DNA of 64,000 bases, from positions 86,002 through 150,001 of the IMG/VR virus record IMGVR_UViG_3300035152_000026. One strand, 5' to 3'. Origin of the DNA: a virus. Positions 27,035 through 36,268 of this stretch are shown piece by piece (within the stretch, counting starts at the first letter, position 1; every line of letters starts with the position of its first letter). Below the pieces are notes generated by a model that had not been told where the DNA came from, searched no databases, and worked only from the letters and a program-made list of their open reading frames with translations. The translations under genes and the position numbers were made by a program.

Positions 27035-27138
27035 CTTCTTGGCGCAGCGACGAACACACGCGCGGAATGCGCGCATCTTCTTGCCTTTGCACTTCTTGGC
27101 GCAGGTAGCGACTTTTGGTCTACGACGACGTGCCATGA
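27035..27138 (-). CDS. small basic Cys-containing peptide (about 34 aa, MARRRRPKVATCAKKCKGKKMRAFRACVRRCAKK); not in the ORF track
   Basis: Minus-strand ATG at 27136-27138. First of two tandem MARR-type peptides. The stop coordinate is approximate. Confidence 0.3.
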
Positions 27139-27181
27139 TGTCTCCCTCGTGGTTGCGTTCCGGTGATGATAGGTGATCAGC

Positions 27182-27293
27182 GCGTTACTTGCGGCGCCGA
27201 CGACTCTTCTTGCGAGCCTTCTTGCAGTAGTGCATCCGACCGCTCGAATCGCGATACGGCTTCTTCAGCTTCCCGAATTTGCATCTGCGTGCC
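27182..27293 (-). CDS. small basic peptide (about 36 aa, MARRCKFGKLKKPYRDSSGRMHYCKKARKKSRRRRK); not in the ORF track
   Basis: Minus-strand ATG at 27291-27293. Paralogous in style to the previous peptide. The stop coordinate is approximate. Confidence 0.3.
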
Positions 27294-27304
27294 ATCTTGA
27301 CCTC

Positions 27305-27574
27305 CTACTTGGTCTTTGCCTTCGTCGCAGAGGGCTTGCGCGTAGCCACAACCTTCGCTTTGCGTTGCTTCGCTTTGCGTTGCCGCTTTGGCTTCGGTTT
27401 CGACTTCGGCTTTGCCGGACTGCTTGCCGTCGGCGTTTCTGGCGGCCGGAAGCGAGCGCAGCGCCAGGGCTTCCCATTGCGCATGTGCCACTTCACGCAC
27501 TGCATTCCGATGGGGCCCTGTTTCTTCTTTTCCGCCAACTTCGCGACCTCGTTAGGGTTTGTGTGATCCAACAT
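27305..27574 (-). CDS. hypothetical basic protein (lysine/proline-rich tail)
   Basis: 89 aa with PAKPKSKPKPKRQRKAKQRKAK. Confidence 0.4.
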   Translation of the reverse strand: MLDHTNPNEVAKLAEKKKQGPIGMQCVKWHMRNGKPWRCARFRPPETPTASSPAKPKSKPKPKRQRKAKQRKAKVVATRKPSATKAKTK

Positions 27575-27605
27575 GTCACGGACCCCAAGACCGAGTCAAG
27601 TCGTT

Positions 27606-27619
27606 GATCGCGGATCCGA
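27606..27619. promoter_or_regulatory. palindromic motif variant ATCGCGGATCCGAT (copy 6), upstream of the minus-strand gene start at 27574
   Basis: Imperfect family member. It contains GATC and GGATCC. Confidence 0.3.
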
Positions 27620-27627
27620 TCAAATCG

Positions 27628-28500
27628 CTACTGCTGTCGCAGCACGTTTCGATGTGAAGTGATGAGCAAACAAGCGACTTTGCCACGTTTCTTCGCGTCG
27701 CAATTCACACGGCGAAGCTCGCCTGTACGCGTAAGGTGTGCCCAACGATAGAGCTTGCGTACTTCAGGTAGATCGTTGTTGGCTGCAACGAATGCGGCAC
27801 CGCGCTTTGCAGCATCCTGTAGCTCGTCGGCGAGAGCTGCATGGTCACCGACGCTAAAACCTTCTTTGAGGTAGTTCGAGAAGACGCCGTAGTACGGCGG
27901 GTCCACGAACAAGAAGTCACCGGCGCCAGCACGGCGAATCACCTGACGGAAGTCCGCAGCGGTAAGCTCAGAGCTACGGATGGCAGCGATGAAAGGATCT
28001 GCTTTCGTCTGCGTGAGAAATGATGGCTTCTGCGACTTCCGAGATCCGTGCGGCACGTTGTACTCGCCCTTCGAGTTCTCGCGGTAGACGCCGTTGAAGC
28101 CAGTCGCGTTCATGTAGAGAAACCAGGCCGCGCGTTGAACCTTCCCTTGGGGATGCTCCGCGCGGATCTTGTAGTACGCGTCTGCGTCCGTCCCACGCCG
28201 TCGATAGTTCTTGAGCGACCAGAGCACAACGTCTCGGTTGCGACACAGTTGCTCGAAGGCATTGATCAGCGGTTCACAAAGATCTGCGAGCAGCATGTTG
28301 GGTAGCCCGAGGTCTGCTGCGACTGCGCCACCTCCAAGGAAGGGCTCGATGTACCGTCCACCAGTGCTTTGCAGATGCGCGTAGGCCACGTCTGAAACAA
28401 TGGGCACGAGCCAGCGTTTGCCGCCTACCCACCGGACAATGGGCTTCGCATGCGCACGCTCGGGCAACTCAGACGGCAACGGCTTCAGCCTGGTCATCAT
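27628..28500 (-). CDS. dam: DNA adenine methyltransferase, Dam/D12 class
   Basis: VRWVGGKRWLVPIV (motif I region), FLGGGAV, and DPPY (motif IV). Confidence 0.8.
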   Translation of the reverse strand: MMTRLKPLPSELPERAHAKPIVRWVGGKRWLVPIVSDVAYAHLQSTGGRYIEPFLGGGAVAADLGLPNMLLADLCEPLINAFEQLCRNRDVVLWSLKNYRRRGTDADAYYKIRAEHPQGKVQRAAWFLYMNATGFNGVYRENSKGEYNVPHGSRKSQKPSFLTQTKADPFIAAIRSSELTAADFRQVIRRAGAGDFLFVDPPYYGVFSNYLKEGFSVGDHAALADELQDAAKRGAAFVAANNDLPEVRKLYRWAHLTRTGELRRVNCDAKKRGKVACLLITSHRNVLRQQ

Positions 28501-30724
28501 ATTGCTTCAGGAAGGGTTCGAGGAGGTAGAGTTCGTCCGTGCGGATCGGTTCGCCGAAGGGGAGGCTACGACGAATCAAGCTAGCGTAGGCCCATTTGTC
28601 GGTCATGCGGCGATCCATGCAAACGATGAATCCGTAGTCTCCTCTTCGACGAAGCAGACGTCCGCATCCTTGTTTGAGCTTCGTGATCATCCAGGGGTAG
28701 TACCGTTGCTTGAAGTAGACGTCCTGCGGCAGTCGCCTCTGGATTGCCTTGAGTACGACGTCTGGGTAGGGAAAGGGCAACTTGTGGATGATGATCGCCT
28801 TCGGGCCCGGTACGTCGATGCCTGTCCAGAAGCTGTCAACTCCCATCAGTATCGATTGAGGATCTTCGCGGAACCACTGCGCGAGCTGCGGACGCGGTGC
28901 ATCACCCTGCTTGAAAACGTTGCGCTCACCCTGATTCGCGAGTTTGGCATGCAACCAATCGAGGTCTGTTTTTGCCGTGAACAGACAAAGGATTCGACCA
29001 GACCAGAAATCGAAGATTTCTTCGTAGACCGGCAACGTAGCTTCGTTGAACGCTTCCCGGTTTTTGCTCGCCGGTACGATCTCCTCTTCGCTCATCACCA
29101 CTAGGCGTGTGTTGGCATGGAAGTCGAACGGCGACTCAGCGATGTACGTCATCGCATCGGATATACCCAACTCGCTCCGCACCAAGTCGAAGCTTCCTGC
29201 CGCTGTCAGCGTGGCTGACGTCAACGTAAGTGACTGCGTAAGCGGGCGAACCGATGATCGGAATACGTCGGCGACGTCCAGGTAGCGCCCTTCAACACGC
29301 GTTGGATGATCTTTGCTGACCTCGATCCAGTAGACCTTGTCGGCGCTCGGCTCACGGAAGACCTCATGAACGTCAGTAGTCAACGCCACGATTCGCCGTG
29401 TAGCTACCATTGCCTTGTTATATGTTTCGTAATCCTTTGAGCGCTCTGCATCAGCCGCGATGGACGAAACCTGATCTCCGATGGTTTCCAGCACGTTCAA
29501 CGTGTACTCGACGTCTACTGTGTTGGGGCGATGAATGTATTGCCACGCACGATACTCCATCGTGTGGTAGTAGTCCTCGATGGCCGCTATGAGTTGCTGA
29601 CCGCTCTGGACAAAACGCGTCGTTTGCCTATCGGAGAAGGCCAGACTGTGTTTGAGCAACTCAGCGATACGCCTAAAACGCGCGTAAGAGATTCGTATAC
29701 CGAAAAACTCACGTGCGATGCGTGCGGCCTCATGAGCTTCGTCGAGAACTAGATTGTCGATCTGCGGCAAGATGCCCTGGGATGCGCTCCAACCGCAGAT
29801 CTTCGCGTGTGCGTAGAGCACATGGTAGTTGGTGACGATGATCTGAGCTTGCTGCGCTGCTGTGCGATGATTGTTGGCCCAACACTTCCCTTCTCGCGCA
29901 AAGCTACAGCCGTTGCCAAGGCATTCGCCTTCGCCTGCGGACAGCAAGTGCCATACACCGTCTTCCGACGCGGGCGCTACTACGTCGTCGGGGAAGCTCT
30001 CACGGTCGCCGGTCGGCGTCACTTGCCCCCACGCTAGCCCCGCCTCGACCCGCTTAACCTGTTCGCTCGTCAAACCGAACATCTGACCGAATCTAGGACC
30101 CCACACACTTCGTGCAGCATCCGTTCTGGTTGCCTTCTCAGGACAGTAGAAGTTGCTACGGCCCTTCAAGAGAGCAAAGGTGAAGTCTCCTGGTAATGCG
30201 GTCGCGAGTGCTGGAAGGTCCTTCTCTATGAGCTGCGATTGCAGCGCGATATTGGCCGTGACGATGACCGTACGTTTCCCTTCCTGCTGTGCGCGTTCAA
30301 TGGCTGGCACGGCATAGGCGAAGCCCTTCCCGGAGCCACAGGGTGCTTCTGTGAGCAACACGCACTCTTGCTCCATCGCCGCACGCACCTTGTGTGAGAG
30401 CGCGACCTGCCCATCACGTACTTCGTAATCGTCAGGCGCTTGACGGGCCAGATAGCCACCGCGGCAGAATGTTTCGTCGATCAGATTCATGTCATTGCCG
30501 TTCCGCGCGTAGGGTGAGCAATGCTGCCATGTCAGGCGGCGGCTCTCTCGGTATGTGTCGCGAAGCGCAAATACGGAGATACGCACTGTTGGTGTTGTCA
30601 AGGGAGTGAAACCCGGCATGGATAAGCGTTGGAGCATCAACGCTTTGCCAGCTCGCAGCGAGCGCCAGGTAGGCAGCGTGCACGACGCAGTCAGGTGCGT
30701 CGGGACGCAACCCGAGGACGGCAT
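28469..30724 (-). CDS. dinG: ATP-dependent helicase, DinG/XPD (Rad3) family with an Fe-S cluster domain
   Basis: APCGSGKGFAY (Walker A), four-Cys cluster (FYCPEK...CLGNGCSF...GKCW), LVLDEAHE (DEAH box), and a C-terminal helicase domain. Confidence 0.75.
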   Translation of the reverse strand: MPSSGCVPTHLTASCTLPTWRSLRAGKALMLQRLSMPGFTPLTTPTVRISVFALRDTYRESRRLTWQHCSPYARNGNDMNLIDETFCRGGYLARQAPDDYEVRDGQVALSHKVRAAMEQECVLLTEAPCGSGKGFAYAVPAIERAQQEGKRTVIVTANIALQSQLIEKDLPALATALPGDFTFALLKGRSNFYCPEKATRTDAARSVWGPRFGQMFGLTSEQVKRVEAGLAWGQVTPTGDRESFPDDVVAPASEDGVWHLLSAGEGECLGNGCSFAREGKCWANNHRTAAQQAQIIVTNYHVLYAHAKICGWSASQGILPQIDNLVLDEAHEAARIAREFFGIRISYARFRRIAELLKHSLAFSDRQTTRFVQSGQQLIAAIEDYYHTMEYRAWQYIHRPNTVDVEYTLNVLETIGDQVSSIAADAERSKDYETYNKAMVATRRIVALTTDVHEVFREPSADKVYWIEVSKDHPTRVEGRYLDVADVFRSSVRPLTQSLTLTSATLTAAGSFDLVRSELGISDAMTYIAESPFDFHANTRLVVMSEEEIVPASKNREAFNEATLPVYEEIFDFWSGRILCLFTAKTDLDWLHAKLANQGERNVFKQGDAPRPQLAQWFREDPQSILMGVDSFWTGIDVPGPKAIIIHKLPFPYPDVVLKAIQRRLPQDVYFKQRYYPWMITKLKQGCGRLLRRRGDYGFIVCMDRRMTDKWAYASLIRRSLPFGEPIRTDELYLLEPFLKQYDDQAEAVAV

Positions 30725-31016
30725 AATCTTGTGCGCTCACCACTACATCTCCAGCGTCAGGCTCCACCAAGATGTCCGCAGCCTGTGCCATTTCTCCTAG
30801 CTGGAACTGCCCGTTTGGGTAGTGTTTGCGCAGCAGCTCCTGCGCTGTATCCCAGTAGGTACGTGATACACACCAGGCACGCTCCTCCGAGACCCAACGA
30901 CGGTTCGGTGGTGGAATGCGCGCTTTCAGCTCGGAGATGAAGACGGGATTGTACGGCGTGTAGAAGACGAACCAAGCGCCGGTGCGATCAAGATCTATGA
31001 AGATGTCCGACATCAT
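30492..31016 (-). CDS. hypothetical protein
   Basis: 174-aa ORF. Confidence 0.4.
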   Translation of the reverse strand: MMSDIFIDLDRTGAWFVFYTPYNPVFISELKARIPPPNRRWVSEERAWCVSRTYWDTAQELLRKHYPNGQFQLGEMAQAADILVEPDAGDVVVSAQDYAVLGLRPDAPDCVVHAAYLALAASWQSVDAPTLIHAGFHSLDNTNSAYLRICASRHIPREPPPDMAALLTLRAERQ

Positions 31017-31636
31017 TCCCCCAATCGTAGATCAGCAAGCACTCGCGCGACATTCTCCTCGACGGGCTGCAATCCGTCGAGGACTTTGATGCTGCGAGCC
31101 CAAAAACTCACCCAGTCAGGAAGCTTGCGGTAGCGAGCCGCAAGCTGATCTATTTTCTCGACTTCCGTCGGCTCGTAGAACGTATTGCGGTTCTTGGTAC
31201 GCTTCGCCTGACGTTCCAGTGCAACCTCAGCGGAGACGTCGATCAGATACGTATGTGTTGGCGGCGCTGGCTCAATCGCTCGCATGGTTGTGTCTACAAC
31301 GTCGTAGCCATGGATCGGCTCTTGGTAGACGAACGACGAGAACATCGTATGACGGTCGGAGACAACCATGACACCCTTTGCGCGCATCGCTTCTACGCGA
31401 GGTTCAAGATCGGCCAGCTCGGCTGCGAAGAGCCACAGCATCGCCTTCGGCTCGAAGACAACACGACCGGAGAACACCTCGTGGATGAGTTGACCAGCTT
31501 GGGAGACGCTACCAGGCTGTCGTAGATGCGCGACTGCGCCGCCGCGGTTTCTGATTGCAGCTACGACCGCTGTTGAGATCGTGGTCTTGCCGCAGCCATT
31601 GATGCCCTCGAAGACGATGTAGGGAGTAGCAGTCAT
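31013..31636 (-). CDS. tmk: thymidylate (dTMP) kinase
   Basis: N-terminal IVFEGINGCGKTT P-loop, typical of Tmk. 207 aa. The ATGA overlap with the downstream gene suggests a coupled operon. Confidence 0.75.
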   Translation of the reverse strand: MTATPYIVFEGINGCGKTTISTAVVAAIRNRGGAVAHLRQPGSVSQAGQLIHEVFSGRVVFEPKAMLWLFAAELADLEPRVEAMRAKGVMVVSDRHTMFSSFVYQEPIHGYDVVDTTMRAIEPAPPTHTYLIDVSAEVALERQAKRTKNRNTFYEPTEVEKIDQLAARYRKLPDWVSFWARSIKVLDGLQPVEENVARVLADLRLGE

Positions 31637-31986
31637 GGTAACGTTCTTTTAGCACGTGGGTGTGACCACCCTGCTCGACGCCGCAAACGAGCCTCCCTGA
31701 CTAGCTCAGCGTTTCGATGCACTTCAGCTTCCGCTACGATACGGGTAGCGCCAGCCTTGTGATCAGACTGCGGATTTGGTCCGATGAGGCTGACGAAGTC
31801 GGGCAACGAATCCGCAGCGACAAGCGTCGCAGTGTAGGAGTCCAACACGTAAGCCTTGACTTCCCCGACACACGTCACCCAGCCGACCACGTTCCGCAAT
31901 CGTGGCTGCGTGGCGTCGTGGTCCTCATAGATCGCGAAGTAGCCCGAAGCTGCGGTACAGAAAGTCATTTGCGCAGGTTTAGACAT
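31633..31986 (-). CDS. hypothetical protein
   Basis: 117-aa ORF overlapping its neighbours by 4-8 nt. Confidence 0.4.
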   Translation of the reverse strand: MSKPAQMTFCTAASGYFAIYEDHDATQPRLRNVVGWVTCVGEVKAYVLDSYTATLVAADSLPDFVSLIGPNPQSDHKAGATRIVAEAEVHRNAELVREARLRRRAGWSHPRAKRTLP

Positions 31987-34900
31987 CTGCCCAGCTCCGG
32001 CCTTTCGCAGGGTCTACCGAGAAGTGAATCGTGACGCCGTTATGTGTGTGAGTCTGCTCGAAGCAGTCTTTGACGTCAGTCATCAAGCGGTCGCCGTCAG
32101 CCTCGTCGCACTCGAAAACGATGGCGTCGTGGATCTGGATGATCGGGTCAGCGTTGGAGTATTCGTTGCGTAGCTTTGGCATCAAACGGAGGAGCCCAGT
32201 GGCCATGATGTCAGCTCCAGTCGACTGAACCGGGAAGTTGTACACGTCGTTCATGTCAGCGTTGCCCAGAGGGAAACACCGTCGCCGACCGTAGATTGCC
32301 GACCGCAGCTCGTGCGGTGGCTGGGCAACGTCTCGCAGAAGCTTCTGATGCCACGCCGTAACGCCGGGCATCCGCGCGGTCATCAACGCGACCATCCGCG
32401 CGATGTCAGCCTGCTTTACGTCCGGGTAGTCCTTGACCACGTTCTTCCAGAGCGTGTCGATCGACCCTCCGTAGAATGCCCCATACTCGGGCCGCTTGAC
32501 CGTATCGCGGAGAACCTTGCGGCGCTCATAAGGTAACTCGTCGAAGTTGGGCCAAACGATGCGTGCGAACTCGCTGTGGATATCCTTCCCGTCGTTGAAG
32601 ATCGCGCACAGGAATGGATCGCCGGAAAGAAGTGCGATGATTCGTGCTTCTAGCTGCGCGAAGTCGAAGCCAACAAGGATCCGTCCAAGGCGTGCTTCAA
32701 ACTGTTTGCGGAGATTTGGGCGCCCCTTCTTCGCGTCAGCTTTCGGCACGTTCTGGCAGACTGGATCTTCAGCACTCCATCGGCCTGTGATCCGATGGAC
32801 ATTCCACCGCGGATGCACGCGACTGTTCGCGTCTGCATAGCCGTACTTGACGATGTTGCCCTGTTCGTCATATCGATCAAAGAGCGCGTAGACGAAGGTA
32901 GAGAACAGTTTCTGATTCTCGCGGTAGTCCAACAGGCTACGTACTTCGGGGATGTGCGCGAAGCTTTCCAGGATCTCTTTCTTCGTGGACGTCGAACCCT
33001 TCTCGGTCAGGAAGTAGAGCGGCACTCCACGAGCCTTTAGATAACCAACGATGTGATCCGAGGAGCCAACGTTCCACTCCCACGTAGCTTTATCGATGGA
33101 ATCGAGCAGCTCTTGCAGGCGTACCTTTTGTCGCTCCCGATAGTCTTCCGGATCTGGCTCTTTACCTTTTGGGTTACGTGCGAACTTCGCTTGCTCGGCT
33201 GCAATGCCAACCCATAGCTCTTCCTGGATCTCAGGCCGGGCAGCGTCGTCCTCAACGATCTTACGGAGCGCTTCGTTTTCCTTGTCGCTACGCCACGCGT
33301 AGAGTGCTTGGATGGCTGGGTGCTTGTCCGCGTGATCTTTGAGCCACGCCTTCGTGATGCTGGCCGCACCCTTTTTGGTCAGGGGCACATCAAGCCCGTG
33401 GACCTTCAACCAACCAGCAAGATGCGCCGACGAATTGATTTGCCACTTCCAAGCGCCTCTGTCTGCGGCGATCCGAATTTCGTCCAAGCGAACCTGTTGT
33501 CGGGCCTCGTAGCGTTCGGGGTCCTGTTTGGCCGCAGTCCCTTTGCGAACACGCTTGGCTTGCTCTGCCGCGATGCGATCAAGCAGCTTGTCGCGGATCT
33601 CAGGGTTGTTAGCCTTCTCTTCGATTTCTGCACGCGCCCGCTGCATGTTCTGCCAGAACTGATCGTAGAGCTGTTGATTCACCTCCTGTGAAACCGGGAT
33701 GCCCGCGTCGTACATCCATTCCGCGGCTTCTGCGCACAGAAGATCAATCTCGTAGCACTTCGCAGACTGTGTGCGCGCGATGGCGATATCGAGGGGCTCG
33801 TCGAGGCGTGCGGTAACTAGTGTGTCCTTGGCGTTATAGATTACGAGGTTCTCAACCGTGTCTTTGCCTTCACGGAACTCCGATTTCCACGGCGTGATCG
33901 CGAAGTACTGCGTAGCCGCGCGTTGCAGGTTGTGCGAAAGGCCAGGAAAGGCTGCGTGGTGTTTGAGCAACGTGTCATCGACTGGACCGTGTACGGGCAT
34001 TCCATGCCGTTTCAAAACACCACGGTCATATATCGAGTTGTGGAACACGACACGAACAAGCGGATCGGCCATAAGCGCAGCCATGAGGCGCTTGGCCATC
34101 GGTGTGACGATGTTCCATGCTATCGAAAGGCCCCACTTTGGGGTAGCGAAGCCGATGGCGGTCAACTTTGCGTTGATGGGCTGTAGTGCAGAATGCTGTT
34201 GCTCGTTGTCTACGTAGGTCTCGGTGTCGCAGGCTACCATGCGCTCTCTGCGAGCATCTTGCACCATCCGACGCATAAGCATCTCGGCGCGTCTGGCGTC
34301 AGCGTACTCGACGACGATGTCCTCCTCGCGGAAGACGATATCGCGTCCGGCAGCGATGGCCTTCACCTTCGCTGCGTCGTACATCAGATTCCAGAAAGCA
34401 ATGTCTGGCGAGTGCGCGCCGCCAATTCCGGCGCCCCCGCGGAGGATTGCCGCAGGGTGAATCGTTGGGATGACTGCGCGGTAGCCTGAACCGTCCGCGT
34501 TGACCTGATGATAGGAGCCCGCCAACGCCTGGATCGAAGTGTTGCGCCCGAGGAATGCGCGAGTTGCCACAGCACCGAGGGCGAGCACAGGAAGGCCTGG
34601 GCGCTCAACCATCTCTGCGGTAAAACGTGGCTCGCAGCACTTGCGGGCCTTTTCTTTCAAGTTGTCGTCAGCCTCTGGTGGCGGTCGGCACAACGTAACG
34701 TTAGACACCCACAAGCGGCGCCGATCTTGCCCAACGGCTGTGAGTGCTTTGTTGACCAACTGCCCGCTAGCGCCAACGAACGGACGGCCTAAAGCAGCTT
34801 CGTGCTGACCCGGACCTTCACCAATGACAATCCATTCCGGCGTCGCTGACCCCTCCCCAACAACAGGTTGGTTAGGTTGTCTATTTCTGGCTAGTGGACA

Positions 34901-34993
34901 ATCTTCACACAGCGCGCCCTCGATGCGCCCACGAATCATCGGTGCAGGTCCTGCACGTAGAACAGGACTCTGTCCTTGCGGACGTAACCGCAT
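31979..34993 (-). CDS. polA: DNA polymerase I-family (family A) polymerase with an N-terminal family-4 uracil-DNA glycosylase-like domain (UDG-PolA fusion)
   Basis: N-terminus: GEGPGQHEAALGRPFVGASGQLVNKAL...HPAAILR (UDG family 4 motifs). C-terminus: DFAQLEARI (motif A), RRKVLRD...YGAFYG (motif B), QIHDAIVFE (motif C). 1004 aa. Confidence 0.85.
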   Translation of the reverse strand: MRLRPQGQSPVLRAGPAPMIRGRIEGALCEDCPLARNRQPNQPVVGEGSATPEWIVIGEGPGQHEAALGRPFVGASGQLVNKALTAVGQDRRRLWVSNVTLCRPPPEADDNLKEKARKCCEPRFTAEMVERPGLPVLALGAVATRAFLGRNTSIQALAGSYHQVNADGSGYRAVIPTIHPAAILRGGAGIGGAHSPDIAFWNLMYDAAKVKAIAAGRDIVFREEDIVVEYADARRAEMLMRRMVQDARRERMVACDTETYVDNEQQHSALQPINAKLTAIGFATPKWGLSIAWNIVTPMAKRLMAALMADPLVRVVFHNSIYDRGVLKRHGMPVHGPVDDTLLKHHAAFPGLSHNLQRAATQYFAITPWKSEFREGKDTVENLVIYNAKDTLVTARLDEPLDIAIARTQSAKCYEIDLLCAEAAEWMYDAGIPVSQEVNQQLYDQFWQNMQRARAEIEEKANNPEIRDKLLDRIAAEQAKRVRKGTAAKQDPERYEARQQVRLDEIRIAADRGAWKWQINSSAHLAGWLKVHGLDVPLTKKGAASITKAWLKDHADKHPAIQALYAWRSDKENEALRKIVEDDAARPEIQEELWVGIAAEQAKFARNPKGKEPDPEDYRERQKVRLQELLDSIDKATWEWNVGSSDHIVGYLKARGVPLYFLTEKGSTSTKKEILESFAHIPEVRSLLDYRENQKLFSTFVYALFDRYDEQGNIVKYGYADANSRVHPRWNVHRITGRWSAEDPVCQNVPKADAKKGRPNLRKQFEARLGRILVGFDFAQLEARIIALLSGDPFLCAIFNDGKDIHSEFARIVWPNFDELPYERRKVLRDTVKRPEYGAFYGGSIDTLWKNVVKDYPDVKQADIARMVALMTARMPGVTAWHQKLLRDVAQPPHELRSAIYGRRRCFPLGNADMNDVYNFPVQSTGADIMATGLLRLMPKLRNEYSNADPIIQIHDAIVFECDEADGDRLMTDVKDCFEQTHTHNGVTIHFSVDPAKGRSWADV

Positions 34994-34996
34994 TGA

Positions 34997-35563
34997 TCAT
35001 GCCCAGCTCGTCGGGCGTGTCTCCGCCAATGTATCGATCAGGAAATCGCGGCCGTCAGCGTCCGCTAGCAACGGACTGTTGCTTCGGACGTATCCACCTG
35101 GCGGCCGTTTGGTTTTACGTTCCTTGGTAGGCGGCAACGTGACGCTGATGATCTGTTCGCGGAGGAGAAGTGTCTTGAGTGCGCGGTAAACTGCTCGCGC
35201 ATTCACCTGACCGTAGTCTTCGAGGACATCGCTGTACAGGTCCTGGAATGGCTTGCAGTAACGTACGGGAATGTGGTCGTAGATGACCTCGCACAACGTC
35301 TCCCCGTGACGTTCACGGCAATGCGGGTACGCCGCGTCGTAGAGCGGGTCCTCGGCACCCTGAAAATCGATAGGGTGTGCTGCATGAATGTCAACCCGCG
35401 GACAACGATCGTCGCGACAGATCCGAACACCTCCGTAAAATTCGTCGAGTTCAACAACCGCCGCACGCTGGGCGCGCGCTGCGATCACATTGTCATAGCG
35501 CTCCTGTGAGCGTGACTTTGAACGCGCTCGCTTCTTTCGCGAGCATGACTTCGACCGTTTCAT
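34997..35563 (-). CDS. hypothetical protein sharing a Cys/His motif (GV.ICRD..CP...IHAAHPI) with ORF 37107..37439; possible HNH-like or zinc-binding module
   Basis: VELDEFYGGVRICRDDRCPRVDIHAAHPI here aligns with VEEGVEICRDEACPIIEIHAAHPI in the paralog. The N-terminus is basic. Confidence 0.4.
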   Translation of the reverse strand: MKRSKSCSRKKRARSKSRSQERYDNVIAARAQRAAVVELDEFYGGVRICRDDRCPRVDIHAAHPIDFQGAEDPLYDAAYPHCRERHGETLCEVIYDHIPVRYCKPFQDLYSDVLEDYGQVNARAVYRALKTLLLREQIISVTLPPTKERKTKRPPGGYVRSNSPLLADADGRDFLIDTLAETRPTSWA

Positions 35564-35653
35564 CTCTTCGTCCTGTATTCATCAACTGCCCAGAGTTCAG
35601 TCCTGACGAGAGGCACTACGTCACTACGTGCCTCCCGTCAGGACGCGAAACAG

Positions 35654-36241
35654 CTACCGACGGACCTGTGGGCCCTGGTTGTTGCCTGGCCGACGCTGCG
35701 CCACAGGGCGTCCCTGCGGCGCCTGACGCTGCTGTACGGGCGCCTGACGCTGCTGTGGCGCTGGTGCCTCCTCGACCATGAGGGGCTCCTCGCCCACGAT
35801 CCTGACAGCCTCCTTGGTCACGTTCTGTCCGGTGCGCGAGTCGAAGTCCGTGTAGGGCTCGATGATGGCCTCGGCGCGCATCTGCGTACCGACCATGCTC
35901 GCGGGCGCGAACCGGTGGTTCTCGTCGGTCTCCACCCCGAGGGCGTCGATCAGGTTCTTCATGCGGCGACGCGCTCCATCGTTGTCGGGCAGAATCGCGT
36001 AGCTCTGTCGCGTGGTGCGGCCCTGCATCGGACCTTCCGAGATCACCCGGTAGGTCAAGCGTAGGGTAGGGTTTCCCTTCCCGCTCACGCCCATCGCAGC
36101 CTCGGTAACCTCCAGGTCATAGAAGCCTGGATCGATTCGGCTGCTCCGGCCGTCCCACCCCTCCAGGTTGGGATCGCCGAGACCCATGTCGATGTACTCG
36201 ACGTAGCTTGAGTCGTTGCTGTTGTCGTTCTGTTGCGGCAT
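35654..36241 (-). CDS. DUF669-like phage protein (ssDNA-binding-like partner of Sak4), Gln/Pro-rich C-terminus
   Basis: Lies immediately downstream of the AAA_24 ATPase, as in the Sak4-DUF669 module. The C-terminal tail is APAPQQRQAPVQQRQAPQGRP. Confidence 0.5.
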   Translation of the reverse strand: MPQQNDNSNDSSYVEYIDMGLGDPNLEGWDGRSSRIDPGFYDLEVTEAAMGVSGKGNPTLRLTYRVISEGPMQGRTTRQSYAILPDNDGARRRMKNLIDALGVETDENHRFAPASMVGTQMRAEAIIEPYTDFDSRTGQNVTKEAVRIVGEEPLMVEEAPAPQQRQAPVQQRQAPQGRPVAQRRPGNNQGPQVRR

Positions 36242-36268
36242 ATGGTTCTCCTATGGACTGATTGGTTG

